From a virus: DNA of 64,000 nucleotides. The number at the start of each line of letters is the position of its first letter. Position 1 is the stretch's first letter. The position numbers and the translations under genes are program-made. The DNA is taken from positions 5,947-69,946 of IMG/VR virus record IMGVR_UViG_3300033150_002410, one strand, 5' to 3'. The notes under the pieces are model-generated. The model was not told the DNA's origin. It did no database searches and saw nothing but the letters and a program-made list of their open reading frames with translations. Shown piece after piece: positions 19,774-28,730 of the stretch.

Positions 19774-20185
19774 TTGCTCAATGCAGGGGCTGTCAGAGTA
19801 TAGTTTCCTGCATGAAGAGGAGTTCAATAACATTGAAGAAATTTCATTCTGGATGCTTGTTAACATGACATACTATAAGGATGAAACAGATTGCTGGCAA
19901 CTACCGGAGGAAACATACAATCGGAAAGGAGGAGATTGTGAAGACACATCCCTGCTCATGGCCTATTTTGCTCATGAGATAGGTCTTGAAGCAGATATAC
20001 TTATTGTAGATAATGAAGAAATGAGAGAAATCGGGATTAAACATGCTATAGTACAAGTAGACAATCGTTGGTTCGATGCCGGCTTATATGAGATATATAA
20101 TATCAGGTACAGGGTCATAGAAGTACTGGACTATTATGATGCATTATGGAGGGCAAAAAGAGATGAACAGTTGGCAAACAGGTAA
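19721..20185 (+). CDS. lipoprotein, transglutaminase-like cysteine protease (BTLCP-like)
   Basis: Lipobox LASC; D.WQLPEET...GDCED, downstream HA and WFD complete a Cys-His-Asp triad. Confidence 0.75.
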   Translation: MNMSTSFKITVLILSLASCSMQGLSEYSFLHEEEFNNIEEISFWMLVNMTYYKDETDCWQLPEETYNRKGGDCEDTSLLMAYFAHEIGLEADILIVDNEEMREIGIKHAIVQVDNRWFDAGLYEIYNIRYRVIEVLDYYDALWRAKRDEQLANR

Positions 20186-20600
20186 AGAAGAAAGCCATAT
20201 AAATATAGGTGAGTTTGTTATGATTCCGCCTGATGATCGAGGTGCTGGTTATGATATTGGTGATTCAACTGTTACTGATACATGGGAATTGGCTGATTTG
20301 TCAGATATAGTACCAAAAGGAACGAAAGCCGTTTATGTATATATTGGAATTACTACTTCTTCAACAAATGATAGATCAATTTTATTAACCAAAAACTACA
20401 ATTCAATAGAAATTGGAACAGATGCAGGGTTGCCAGGTACATATACATCAATTATATATGCTGAATTAGGAGCATACAATTTATATTTAGGAATAAGAAA
20501 TATCATTATGGCGGAAAATGGAAAATTTTATTACCGGCGGTATGCTAGTACTCATCCTATAGATTATTTATATTTCAAATTATTAGGGTATTTTATATGA
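20163..20600 (+). CDS. tail fibre-associated beta-sandwich protein
   Basis: RBS GGAGG before ATG 20163; W...DLS.IVP.GTKAV...LLGYF pattern typical of fibre C-termini. Confidence 0.55.
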   Translation: MNSWQTGKEESHINIGEFVMIPPDDRGAGYDIGDSTVTDTWELADLSDIVPKGTKAVYVYIGITTSSTNDRSILLTKNYNSIEIGTDAGLPGTYTSIIYAELGAYNLYLGIRNIIMAENGKFYYRRYASTHPIDYLYFKLLGYFI

Positions 20601-21007
20601 AAAAACTAAAGATACAAAAACAAACAAGTTATATAGTAGGATATGGCTATTTTGGCAATACCGAAACAGATGAACATCTCTATATTCCATGGCCAGAAGG
20701 GCTTCCTGCAGATGAAGAAGGGATTATCCCATTCAGGGATGAGTTTGGCAATTTTCAATACAAATGGACAGGTTCAGAAATAAAACTAGAACCACAAATG
20801 CCTACTGCTGAACAGATACAGGCACGCAAAGAGCGATATATCATAGAGAAGAAAAGGAAGCTATATTCAAAAGAAAAGGAAGAGATTATAAGAACAAAAG
20901 CTTTCAATGCTTTTCTTGATAATGCTTCTATTCCCGAAGAATATTTAAAAATGAAGGAAGAAATAAAACAAATAGAAAAAGAAGCGGAGGAACGTTATGG
21001 CAAATAA
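20597..21007 (+). CDS. hypothetical protein (possible tail fibre assembly)
   Basis: ATGA-coupled ORF; YKWTG..I..PTAEQI pattern. Confidence 0.5.
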   Translation: MKKLKIQKQTSYIVGYGYFGNTETDEHLYIPWPEGLPADEEGIIPFRDEFGNFQYKWTGSEIKLEPQMPTAEQIQARKERYIIEKKRKLYSKEKEEIIRTKAFNAFLDNASIPEEYLKMKEEIKQIEKEAEERYGK

Positions 21008-21374
21008 AATATTTCTAATATTTGTACTTCTTGCAATAGTTTTTGTTTCTTTACCTGCCCAGACAGGAAAAGTTGATTACAGCACTTACTGGAGCTATAA
21101 CAGCTCGGTAAAAGACGGCCATTACTGGTTATCATTGTCTTACGAGGAGAAAGCTTCCTATCTGGAAGGATACATGATGGGCTCTTTTATTATTGCTTAT
21201 ACCGTGGAGAAAGCTATAGGTATCCCGATGGGACAGTTTCTCCTTTCTGCAAGATATATAGAAGATGTCATAGGAATGATAGATTCTATATATGAAGAAG
21301 ATGAAACTAAATTAAATGTAAGTATAGGGGTAATAATATTTGATAACATAATAAACAATATCGAAAGAGAGTAA
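20997..21374 (+). CDS. exported protein with signal peptide
   Basis: MANKIFLIFVLLAIVFVSLPA-Q; G..W..LS.EEK..YL.G helical domain. Confidence 0.6.
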   Translation: MANKIFLIFVLLAIVFVSLPAQTGKVDYSTYWSYNSSVKDGHYWLSLSYEEKASYLEGYMMGSFIIAYTVEKAIGIPMGQFLLSARYIEDVIGMIDSIYEEDETKLNVSIGVIIFDNIINNIERE

Positions 21375-21388
21375 AGAAGGAGTAGCTT

Positions 21389-21610
21389 ATGGATACTTGG
21401 CATCAGGATGTTATCGAAAGACTAACCAGATTAGAAACAAAGATAGACAACGGACTCACTGAACAGGTAAAGGAAATAAGGAAAGAAGTACAGAAAATAA
21501 AAGAAAATGCTATCAAGAACAAGCGTTATGTAATTACTACGTCTATAAGTGTTTTTGCAACAATAGGAATGTGGCTGACTCTTATTACCAAATTGATGGG
21601 GATATGGTAA
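21389..21610 (+). CDS. XhlA/hemolysin-like membrane protein (holin-associated)
   Basis: ERLTRLETK coiled coil plus C-terminal TM helix. Confidence 0.6.
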   Translation: MDTWHQDVIERLTRLETKIDNGLTEQVKEIRKEVQKIKENAIKNKRYVITTSISVFATIGMWLTLITKLMGIW

Positions 21611-21846
21611 TGGAAGCAGAGATTAAATTTGATTTAAGTAATGAGGAAGACAGAAGAAACTATACACTAATAAATCAGGCTGAAAAACTCTACTTTGCCC
21701 TTTGGGATATAGATAATAAGTTAAGAGAGATGGTTAAGTATGATAGTGGGAAGTACAGCAAGGAGCAAATAGATGTTATAGAGGAGATTAGAGATATTAT
21801 ATTTGGTATATTAGAGGAGTATAATATTGATTTAATGGAGTGTTGA
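21610..21846 (+). CDS. hypothetical protein
   Basis: MEAEIKFDL...LWDIDNKLR..VKY; coupled to the previous stop. Confidence 0.6.
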   Translation: MEAEIKFDLSNEEDRRNYTLINQAEKLYFALWDIDNKLREMVKYDSGKYSKEQIDVIEEIRDIIFGILEEYNIDLMEC

Positions 21847-21849
21847 TTA

Positions 21850-22446
21850 ATGCAGAAAGTAATAAATCTAGACCCCATTGATTATTATACTCAAAGAAAT
21901 AATAAAATAAATCCCGTTTCTGCCTGTATGCCTACAGCCAGGGCTATGTTCTACAGAGGTAATAATATTAAATTTGTAAACGATAGTGATCTGCAAGATG
22001 ATGATTTCTTCTACAAGTGGCTTATAAGTGATGATGCCTGGGAGTTTGCCGAAAAAAAGTATCCGGTTCTTATATCTCGAGGTTATCCACCGAACGAGAT
22101 TCACGGAATGTATCATTCCTTCTTGGATCCCAGAGTAGCAGGTAGAAGAACTTCTGATTTTGTATTAACTCTTACTTTCGATGATATTGTAGATAAGCTT
22201 AAAAACGGGCAGGTTATAATGACATCAGGCATATTTGCAGAAGCCGGAATCTTCGGACATGCTTTCTGCTTTATCGGTTATGAGAAGCAGGAGTCGGGCG
22301 TAAGGTTAATTATAGCTGATCCATGGGGAGATTATCGAACAGATTATGATAGTGATAAAGGATACGGAGTTCAAATGTCAAAAGAAGATTTCTACAAACA
22401 TGTAAAACCGGAAGGTGATAAAAAATGGGGGCATATACTGATATGA
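21850..22446 (+). CDS. peptidase C39-like endolysin candidate
   Basis: YYTQRNN...AC.PT (Cys), GHAFCFIGY (His), IADPWG (Asp); flanked by holin-like genes. Confidence 0.75.
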   Translation: MQKVINLDPIDYYTQRNNKINPVSACMPTARAMFYRGNNIKFVNDSDLQDDDFFYKWLISDDAWEFAEKKYPVLISRGYPPNEIHGMYHSFLDPRVAGRRTSDFVLTLTFDDIVDKLKNGQVIMTSGIFAEAGIFGHAFCFIGYEKQESGVRLIIADPWGDYRTDYDSDKGYGVQMSKEDFYKHVKPEGDKKWGHILI

Positions 22447-22628
22447 GTGTAAAAAAGACTTTAGGAACTATTGGTGCTTTAGTTTTTTTCGGAATCTCCG
22501 GATATGCAGTTTTCCGGGAACCCACACAAGTTGGGAATGTTCTCTGGCCATTGGGAATCATGATATCAGCCCTGTTTGGAATCAAAACTTTCGGTGGAAT
22601 CATGATGAAGAATAACAAAAAGGAGTAG
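22443..22628 (+). CDS. holin candidate (2 TM)
   Basis: Two hydrophobic helices, basic C-terminus, ATGA-coupled to the endolysin. Confidence 0.6.
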   Translation: MSVKKTLGTIGALVFFGISGYAVFREPTQVGNVLWPLGIMISALFGIKTFGGIMMKNNKKE

Positions 22629-22653
22629 TATTCCACAATAATAGGGAGGAAGA

Positions 22654-23535
22654 ATGAGAAAAATAGCAATAGAGTTTAATTTTTCTTTAGATCCACTCAC
22701 CATCTTTTGTGTAAGTGATCTGCATATAGACTCACCTGATTTTGATAAAGAGAAATTTCTTTTAGATATGGAAAAGGCAAAAAAGAGTAATGCAGTAATA
22801 TTTATAGGAGGAGATATCTGGAGTGCTATATTTCCTTCTGATCGTAAAAGATACAGTGGAGCCAGACAAATAGCTCAAGTAGATACATTGATTGACTATG
22901 CTGTAAATGTAGCCTTTGAAACACTCAAGCCTTATGCCGACAATATCTATTTACTGACTACTGGTAACCATGAGGCTTCTGTTATAAAATACCACTATAC
23001 TGATCCAACAAACATACTAAGACAGAAACTGCAGGAAGTACGATCTAAAAAGCTACCACATATACGTCATGGTGGTTTCTGTGGCTTTTTACTGCTGAAA
23101 TTTTCACCGGAAGATAAAAAGGCTAAACATACTACCAGTGAAATATGGTTCTATCATCATGGTAAAGGAACTAATGCTCCGGTAACCAAGGGGGCCATAG
23201 ATTTATATAGAATCAGGGTCGGAAACATAGCACATGTATACTGGCTACAACATAAACACACAAGCATCAATGACATACCGGTAGTCAGATATGTGGATAG
23301 CAGAGGCAATGTAAGAAGAAGAGAGATACTATCTTTTTTTACTGCCGGATATGAAGGAGGAATAAATTATAACAGAGATTATGAAAAAGAAGGATACCAG
23401 ACAGATTACAATTCCGAGAATTTCTATGAACAGAGCAGCACAGGTGGAGTTACAATCAATTACAGGTTTGTAGACAAGGATGGAATTATTAATATCAGAA
23501 AAACAATAAAACATGAAGTTAATAATGGTTTATAA
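22654..23535 (+). CDS. calcineurin-like metallophosphoesterase
   Basis: SDLH, GGD, GNHE, HHG, HKH motifs. Confidence 0.85.
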   Translation: MRKIAIEFNFSLDPLTIFCVSDLHIDSPDFDKEKFLLDMEKAKKSNAVIFIGGDIWSAIFPSDRKRYSGARQIAQVDTLIDYAVNVAFETLKPYADNIYLLTTGNHEASVIKYHYTDPTNILRQKLQEVRSKKLPHIRHGGFCGFLLLKFSPEDKKAKHTTSEIWFYHHGKGTNAPVTKGAIDLYRIRVGNIAHVYWLQHKHTSINDIPVVRYVDSRGNVRRREILSFFTAGYEGGINYNRDYEKEGYQTDYNSENFYEQSSTGGVTINYRFVDKDGIINIRKTIKHEVNNGL

Positions 23536-23568
23536 TAATAAAATCTTTGAATATTTAAGGGGGAAAAT

Positions 23569-23874
23569 ATGAAATGTAACTACAATTTTTTCATAATTAA
23601 CAAATGTACTTGCGGGCGAAAAGAAAGAGACATTAAAGATTTAGCCTGTATATTAGAATATCACAAAAAAAATAAGCTTTCGATGGGCAACAACAGTTCA
23701 CTTTATTCTGACGTTGTTTGTCTCAGAACAGGTTGTCTTGGCAGATGGAGAACAGACAGAAAATATATAGATAAAATACCGCTAATAACTCTTAACGAGT
23801 GGCAAAAGCTTAAAAAAGAAAACAGAGATTTTTATACACTGATTCCTAATCCAGCAATAAAAAAGAAACGATAA
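23569..23874 (+). CDS. hypothetical Cys-rich protein
   Basis: CTC and C...GC..RWRT; RBS upstream. Confidence 0.55.
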   Translation: MKCNYNFFIINKCTCGRKERDIKDLACILEYHKKNKLSMGNNSSLYSDVVCLRTGCLGRWRTDRKYIDKIPLITLNEWQKLKKENRDFYTLIPNPAIKKKR

Positions 23875-24346
23875 CTCCTGCAACAAAAGAAACCGGTATT
23901 CCTACCAGAGAAATATACAATAAGATCGTGCTTTTATTTTTCATTGCCTTCAAGGAGTTTAATGCTCTTGTCAATGATTTCTGTGCCTTTTCTAATTCTG
24001 CTGTGGATGCTTTCAACTGTCTCTCTACTTTCTGTATTTGATTTGATAAGCTTTCTATTGAGTTCTCTTTCTCTGCTATAAGAAATTTGTAATTGCTTAT
24101 AGACCTCTTCAAGTTCAGAATAATTTTGTCTTTCTCTGTCAACGATACTTCCAAGCTTTGCAATCGTTTCTTTTGTGTTCTTAAGTTCTCTCTCAATGAA
24201 ATTAGCTCCTTCTCTGATTGCAACAAGATTCTTTTTAGTTCTATCAAGTTCATCAATAATTTTTCCTTGGTTTCTTGTTCCAATCCCCAGACCCAGGAGA
24301 AAACCAGCAACGAACAGAACAATAAGCAAAACAATCTTTTTAACAT
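23846..24346 (-). CDS. signal peptide + coiled coil + C-terminal TM protein (spanin-like, overprinted)
   Basis: RBS GAGGTG 7 nt before ATG; hydrophobic ends; heptad core. Confidence 0.7.
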   Translation of the reverse strand: MLKRLFCLLFCSLLVFSWVWGLEQETKEKLLMNLIELKRILLQSEKELISLRENLRTQKKRLQSLEVSLTEKDKIILNLKRSISNYKFLIAEKENSIESLSNQIQKVERQLKASTAELEKAQKSLTRALNSLKAMKNKSTILLYISLVGIPVSFVAGVIVSFLLLD

Positions 24347-24356
24347 TATTATTCAC
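23934..24356 (-). CDS. N-terminal TM + coiled-coil protein (i-spanin-like, overprinted)
   Basis: RBS GGAGG 6 nt before GTG 24356; KKIVLLIVLFVAGFLLGLGIG then coiled coil. Confidence 0.65.
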   Translation of the reverse strand: MNNNVKKIVLLIVLFVAGFLLGLGIGTRNQGKIIDELDRTKKNLVAIREGANFIERELKNTKETIAKLGSIVDRERQNYSELEEVYKQLQISYSRERELNRKLIKSNTESRETVESIHSRIRKGTEIIDKSIKLLEGNEK

Positions 24357-24954
24357 CTCTCTCCTCCACAAGACTTATCCCTCTTTTATTTATAGAAATA
24401 GTAAATACCTTATTGGCAGATAAAAGTTCGTGGTAATCATGTGTTATCATTATAAATTGTAAACCCAATCTTTTTTCCAACTCTTTTAGTAAGTCAATAA
24501 TGATTGGTTGATAATTTTTACTCACGAAGCGTAATGGTTCATCCAAGATCATCACTTTTCTGTTTCCACTAATGGATAATAATGTAATCCTGAGGGAAAG
24601 AGATATAATATCAACTATACCTCCACCACTGGAATCCATCGGATTAATCTTATTATCCTGCTTGTTAATCGAAAACTCAGCTTCTGTCTTACCTTTACGA
24701 GACACGAAATCAATACTGAATTTATAAGTATCAGGAAAGATGGAATCAAGAGCACTTTGCCCGACTCTCTCTATGTGAAACTTTACATTTTCTTGTGTCT
24801 TTTTGGCTATCTCCTGAAAAAATGAACGAACAAATAAAATGATATTAAGCTTATCTTCATATTCCTGCACTCTATTCTCTAACTCTTCAAGTTGTTCAAT
24901 ATAAGCCTTTCTCTGTCCTTCTGCCTCTATTATCTTATCACGGTACTTATTCAT
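24349..24954 (-). CDS. SbcC/Rad50-like ATPase, C-terminal half
   Basis: Signature SSGGG, Walker B/D-loop MILDEP, ITH. Confidence 0.85.
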   Translation of the reverse strand: MNKYRDKIIEAEGQRKAYIEQLEELENRVQEYEDKLNIILFVRSFFQEIAKKTQENVKFHIERVGQSALDSIFPDTYKFSIDFVSRKGKTEAEFSINKQDNKINPMDSSGGGIVDIISLSLRITLLSISGNRKVMILDEPLRFVSKNYQPIIIDLLKELEKRLGLQFIMITHDYHELLSANKVFTISINKRGISLVEERGE

Positions 24955-25186
24955 TGAAAATACTCTCCAATTGTCCTGTCAGTTTTTCTATTTTTTCTTC
25001 ATCTTTGGCAATTTCCTCTTCCAACTTCAACAGATAGGACTCAGCTTCTTCCAGAGAATTGATATTATAATTCTCCTTCCATTTCTGTATGATGTCTTTA
25101 ACTCTGTTTTCTGCTATAGCTTTTTCTGTTTTGCACTGATCTACCTTGTCTTTTATCCTTTTAAATTCCTCTACTGTCATAATCAA
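24947..25186 (-). CDS. small coiled-coil protein
   Basis: 79 aa, coupled on both sides. Confidence 0.65.
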   Translation of the reverse strand: MIMTVEEFKRIKDKVDQCKTEKAIAENRVKDIIQKWKENYNINSLEEAESYLLKLEEEIAKDEEKIEKLTGQLESIFNE

Positions 25187-26066
25187 CTCCTTTCTTCAAA
25201 TAATAAATTATTTCTTTTTTCATTTTTACATCCATGTTTGCTTCATTTTCCAGGGCTTGTTTAACATTATCCTCGAATGATAAATTGAATTTATTTTCAC
25301 TTTTTAATATAACTATAAAAGAAGAAAACTTATCATTTTCTTTATCTCCTATATGTTCATCTATAATATTTTCTGCTTTATTATATACTAAATGTCTTAT
25401 TGTTTCCTTACTAGAAGAATCATATAAAACAACAGATGGTTTATAATCCTTGAAATCACTAGATTGAACCGTAAGACAACCAGGAACTATTAATTTTCTT
25501 CCGTTCTTTTCATATATAAAACCTCTGTGATTATCTCCAGAAATAATGATCGAATACGGATACCGCTTCAATATCTCTTCTGCAGAATGAGGATCCTTGG
25601 GAAGAAAACTATCCGAATAGATTAACCTGTGCATGATAAGCATATCCGAATCCTTCTTACCCACAACTTCTTCTCCACCGTAGGGTAAATATGCAAAATA
25701 ATCTTTAGCCAATCTGATGTTCGTTCTTTTATCCTTAGCTAAGAGCTCCAAAGTACCATAAGAGGAATACTTGGTAAGCTCCTTTTCATTATGACCCCAT
25801 AGATCGTGTTGGCCTGGTATTATATAAAATATTATCTCTGAACACAACATTTTATCCAGTAACATATTTAATACATAACTAGGCACTTTGTATGTATGAA
25901 AAATGTCTCCGGCTATTATAATATCAGCTCCATTTTTTTCAGCTATATTTATTACATCAGAAACAACTCTTTCCATAAAAACAAGCCATTCATCCTGTTT
26001 TTCAGACCTGCAAATAGGAACAGACGCTCTTAAATGCCAATCAGCTGTAAATATAAATTTCTGCAT
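25161..26066 (-). CDS. SbcD/Mre11-like nuclease
   Basis: ADWH, AGDIF, PGQHD, MH, GDNH, PG. Confidence 0.88.
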   Translation of the reverse strand: MQKFIFTADWHLRASVPICRSEKQDEWLVFMERVVSDVINIAEKNGADIIIAGDIFHTYKVPSYVLNMLLDKMLCSEIIFYIIPGQHDLWGHNEKELTKYSSYGTLELLAKDKRTNIRLAKDYFAYLPYGGEEVVGKKDSDMLIMHRLIYSDSFLPKDPHSAEEILKRYPYSIIISGDNHRGFIYEKNGRKLIVPGCLTVQSSDFKDYKPSVVLYDSSSKETIRHLVYNKAENIIDEHIGDKENDKFSSFIVILKSENKFNLSFEDNVKQALENEANMDVKMKKEIIYYLKKGVDYDSRGI

Positions 26067-26077
26067 CGTTTAACTCC

Positions 26078-26341
26078 TTATTCTTCTCCCTCTTCCATTT
26101 TTCTCTGTATATCATCCAATATCTGTTGTATTCCCCCATCAGCCACGCCATCGGGAATATCTTTTCCTACATATTCATATATAAATACACGAATCCCGAA
26201 TACACGCACTGTCAATAAAGTAACATCTATATCATTTACATAATAGGTTGTTTTCTGTATAGATACAGGAATAAGAATAGTAGGAAAATCAATCAAAGTT
26301 CTAAAAAACAATTTTCTTCTAATTCTATTATTCTGCAACAC
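26078..26341 (-). CDS. hypothetical protein
   Basis: ORF within the operon. Confidence 0.5.
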   Translation of the reverse strand: MLQNNRIRRKLFFRTLIDFPTILIPVSIQKTTYYVNDIDVTLLTVRVFGIRVFIYEYVGKDIPDGVADGGIQQILDDIQRKMEEGEE

Positions 26342-27416
26342 TTAAACCTCCAGTCATTTTATTGCCACATAATGGACATATTTCAGGCATTCTCTTTTTT
26401 AAAGAAATTAGATTTTCTTTGTTTCTTTTTATTGTTATTATGCACCCTTTCAAGAAACAAACATCACCTGATAATTCCTTTTGTATTTTTGTTTTTCTTT
26501 TACATTCCTCCCTTAAAAGACATAATTTATTATATTTATTCTCAATTGTTTCTATATCTATTCTGCTTATTAACTGTTTATATCTTTTAAAATCATCTAC
26601 ATATTCTTTTAACAAGACCAATTTTTCTTTATTATTCTCTATACCTTCAATTAACTTCTCTACTCTTTTTACAATGGATTCTGCTTTTTCTATTTTTAAT
26701 GATACTGATTTCAAATTTTTATCATTTTCTTTATAGGCATAAATATCTTCTTCTATATCAGAATAAATATTCAGGTTTTCATTTCTTCTTTTTTCAACCA
26801 AATCCAGCCTATCTGATAGTCTCCTGGCTCTTTCCACCCAAGAAAGATCCTCTATTCTTTTTACTTTCTCTTCTATCTCTTCCTTTATATATTTAATTTC
26901 CTTTGATAACTGTCTCTTATCACTTTCGATCTCTGAAAATATAGTATCTATCACATCTAATCTTATGATCTTATTCAAATATTTTGATACTTCGGCAGAA
27001 CTCTGTGATAATAAAAAAGGAGGAGTGTGTTGTTTATTAACATTTATATCAGAAATATTCAATATTTCTAATATCTTCTCTGGAACATCATATCCGAAAT
27101 TACTGAACTTTATTTCCTTACCATTGTCTACTAAAACATATTCATTAATATCTTTACCTTTCCTTCTGATGATTTCCTTGTTGTCATCTAAAATTAGATG
27201 GACAGAACATTCTTTTTGTATAGAATTATCGTCCCGGGCCCAGAAAGAGACAAAATTCGTGCCCAAAGGTCTGTTTGTTAATACCCAATCTATAGCTCTG
27301 ATAATAGCACTTTTACCAACATCCGTGGATCCTACAATAAGATTTATTCCGTTAGAAAAAGAAAGTTTTGTATACTTATGACTCTGAAAATTCTTGATTA
27401 TTATTTCTTTTATCAT
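26328..27416 (-). CDS. SbcC/Rad50-like ATPase, N-terminal half ending at zinc hook
   Basis: IKNFQSH, Walker A GSTDVGKS, Q-loop, coiled coil, terminal CPLC. Confidence 0.88.
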   Translation of the reverse strand: MIKEIIIKNFQSHKYTKLSFSNGINLIVGSTDVGKSAIIRAIDWVLTNRPLGTNFVSFWARDDNSIQKECSVHLILDDNKEIIRRKGKDINEYVLVDNGKEIKFSNFGYDVPEKILEILNISDINVNKQHTPPFLLSQSSAEVSKYLNKIIRLDVIDTIFSEIESDKRQLSKEIKYIKEEIEEKVKRIEDLSWVERARRLSDRLDLVEKRRNENLNIYSDIEEDIYAYKENDKNLKSVSLKIEKAESIVKRVEKLIEGIENNKEKLVLLKEYVDDFKRYKQLISRIDIETIENKYNKLCLLREECKRKTKIQKELSGDVCFLKGCIITIKRNKENLISLKKRMPEICPLCGNKMTGGLSVAE

Positions 27417-27730
27417 TTTTGCATCTCCCGAACGATGTTTTTTTCATCTACTTCAAACACCCAGTCCTCCAGATTATTATTCTTTAACGGAGCATAGAAA
27501 TACCAGATAAACACGTTCACTTTCATCTTCAAGAACCAAGCTCTAGTCTCTTCATTACAACATATTTTTGTAATATCATAGACACAATCGTTTGGTAAAG
27601 AAGGACAAGCTTCCTTACAAATATCCAGAAGCAATTTTATAAACTCTCCCGTATTATATATCATAACATTATATACATCTCCCCTTTCTTTGAACTTGTA
27701 ATTATTAATATCTATTTTTATCCGCATCAT
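27413..27730 (-). CDS. hypothetical protein
   Basis: Coupled ORF with RBS GGAG. Confidence 0.55.
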   Translation of the reverse strand: MMRIKIDINNYKFKERGDVYNVMIYNTGEFIKLLLDICKEACPSLPNDCVYDITKICCNEETRAWFLKMKVNVFIWYFYAPLKNNNLEDWVFEVDEKNIVREMQK

Positions 27731-27740
27731 ATTCTCCCGT

Positions 27741-28730
27741 TTATTTCTCTCTTTTCAGGAAGAAACAAACAGCTAAACCAACAGGTGCTATTATATCTAT
27801 GAACAAAGCCGGGAAAATAGATAACCAGAACTGAATAATATCTTTTGATGTTTTTAGAATGTTGGCTAACCAGAAATAAAAATCTTTTATCTCTTTCTTT
27901 TCCTCTTCTATAAACATCTCTGGTGATTCTATTATCCTTTTCTTCATTTCTTCCCTTACTTTTGTTAATTGTTCACTGAGATTATTCAAATCTCTATTTA
28001 CCCTGGTCATCCTCCACTGAAGATCATTATAATAAGGCCTATTTTGTCTCTGTATTTCTATATCTTTATATTCTTCCAGCAATGATAATGTTGAGTCTTT
28101 TACCTTGTTTTTTTCTTCTATTTGTTTTAAAAGTGTTTCTTCCTCCTTTTTTAGCACTTCAATTACCAGTAGATCAGATTTATAACTCTTCTCCTTTTCT
28201 ATACTCTCTTTTTCCAATATCATTCTTTTATTGTATTGTCCTGCTATTGTACTTCCCATTGAAAAAACAGCAACAATAATCCATAGTATTATAAATATTG
28301 AAATTAAGGTTATTCGATTATCTTCCCAGAACAAAATAATTAATTGAAATGATAAAACAGAAAACATTATCATGAGTAAGGAAAGAAAAACAGATAAAAA
28401 CCTCGGAAGAAATTCAAATAACCATACACTTGTATAATAGCAGGACATAATGGAGGCTCCTATTCCTATAATGCCCATCATCATCTTTATTATTATTATA
28501 GAAATAGTAGAAATGTCAAAATTGTACAATTTCTTTTTTTTCTTTTTTATCTCTTTTTCAAGAGATTTCATTATTATCTTAGTTTCATTCACCGGTAAAG
28601 ATAAAGCCTCAGCTACAAGTTCTATAGGTGGTGTTTCATTGTAATATTTTTTCAGATCCATTATAACATTTTTTACTTCCTGTTTAGTCAAAAAAACCTC
28701 CAATAACTCTATTAACTCTTTTTTCAGCAA
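27741..28730 (-). CDS. membrane protein (3 TM + coiled coil + TM)
   Basis: Hydrophobicity pattern; possible N-terminal HTH. Confidence 0.65.
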   Translation of the reverse strand: MLKKELIELLEVFLTKQEVKNVIMDLKKYYNETPPIELVAEALSLPVNETKIIMKSLEKEIKKKKKKLYNFDISTISIIIIKMMMGIIGIGASIMSCYYTSVWLFEFLPRFLSVFLSLLMIMFSVLSFQLIILFWEDNRITLISIFIILWIIVAVFSMGSTIAGQYNKRMILEKESIEKEKSYKSDLLVIEVLKKEEETLLKQIEEKNKVKDSTLSLLEEYKDIEIQRQNRPYYNDLQWRMTRVNRDLNNLSEQLTKVREEMKKRIIESPEMFIEEEKKEIKDFYFWLANILKTSKDIIQFWLSIFPALFIDIIAPVGLAVCFFLKREK

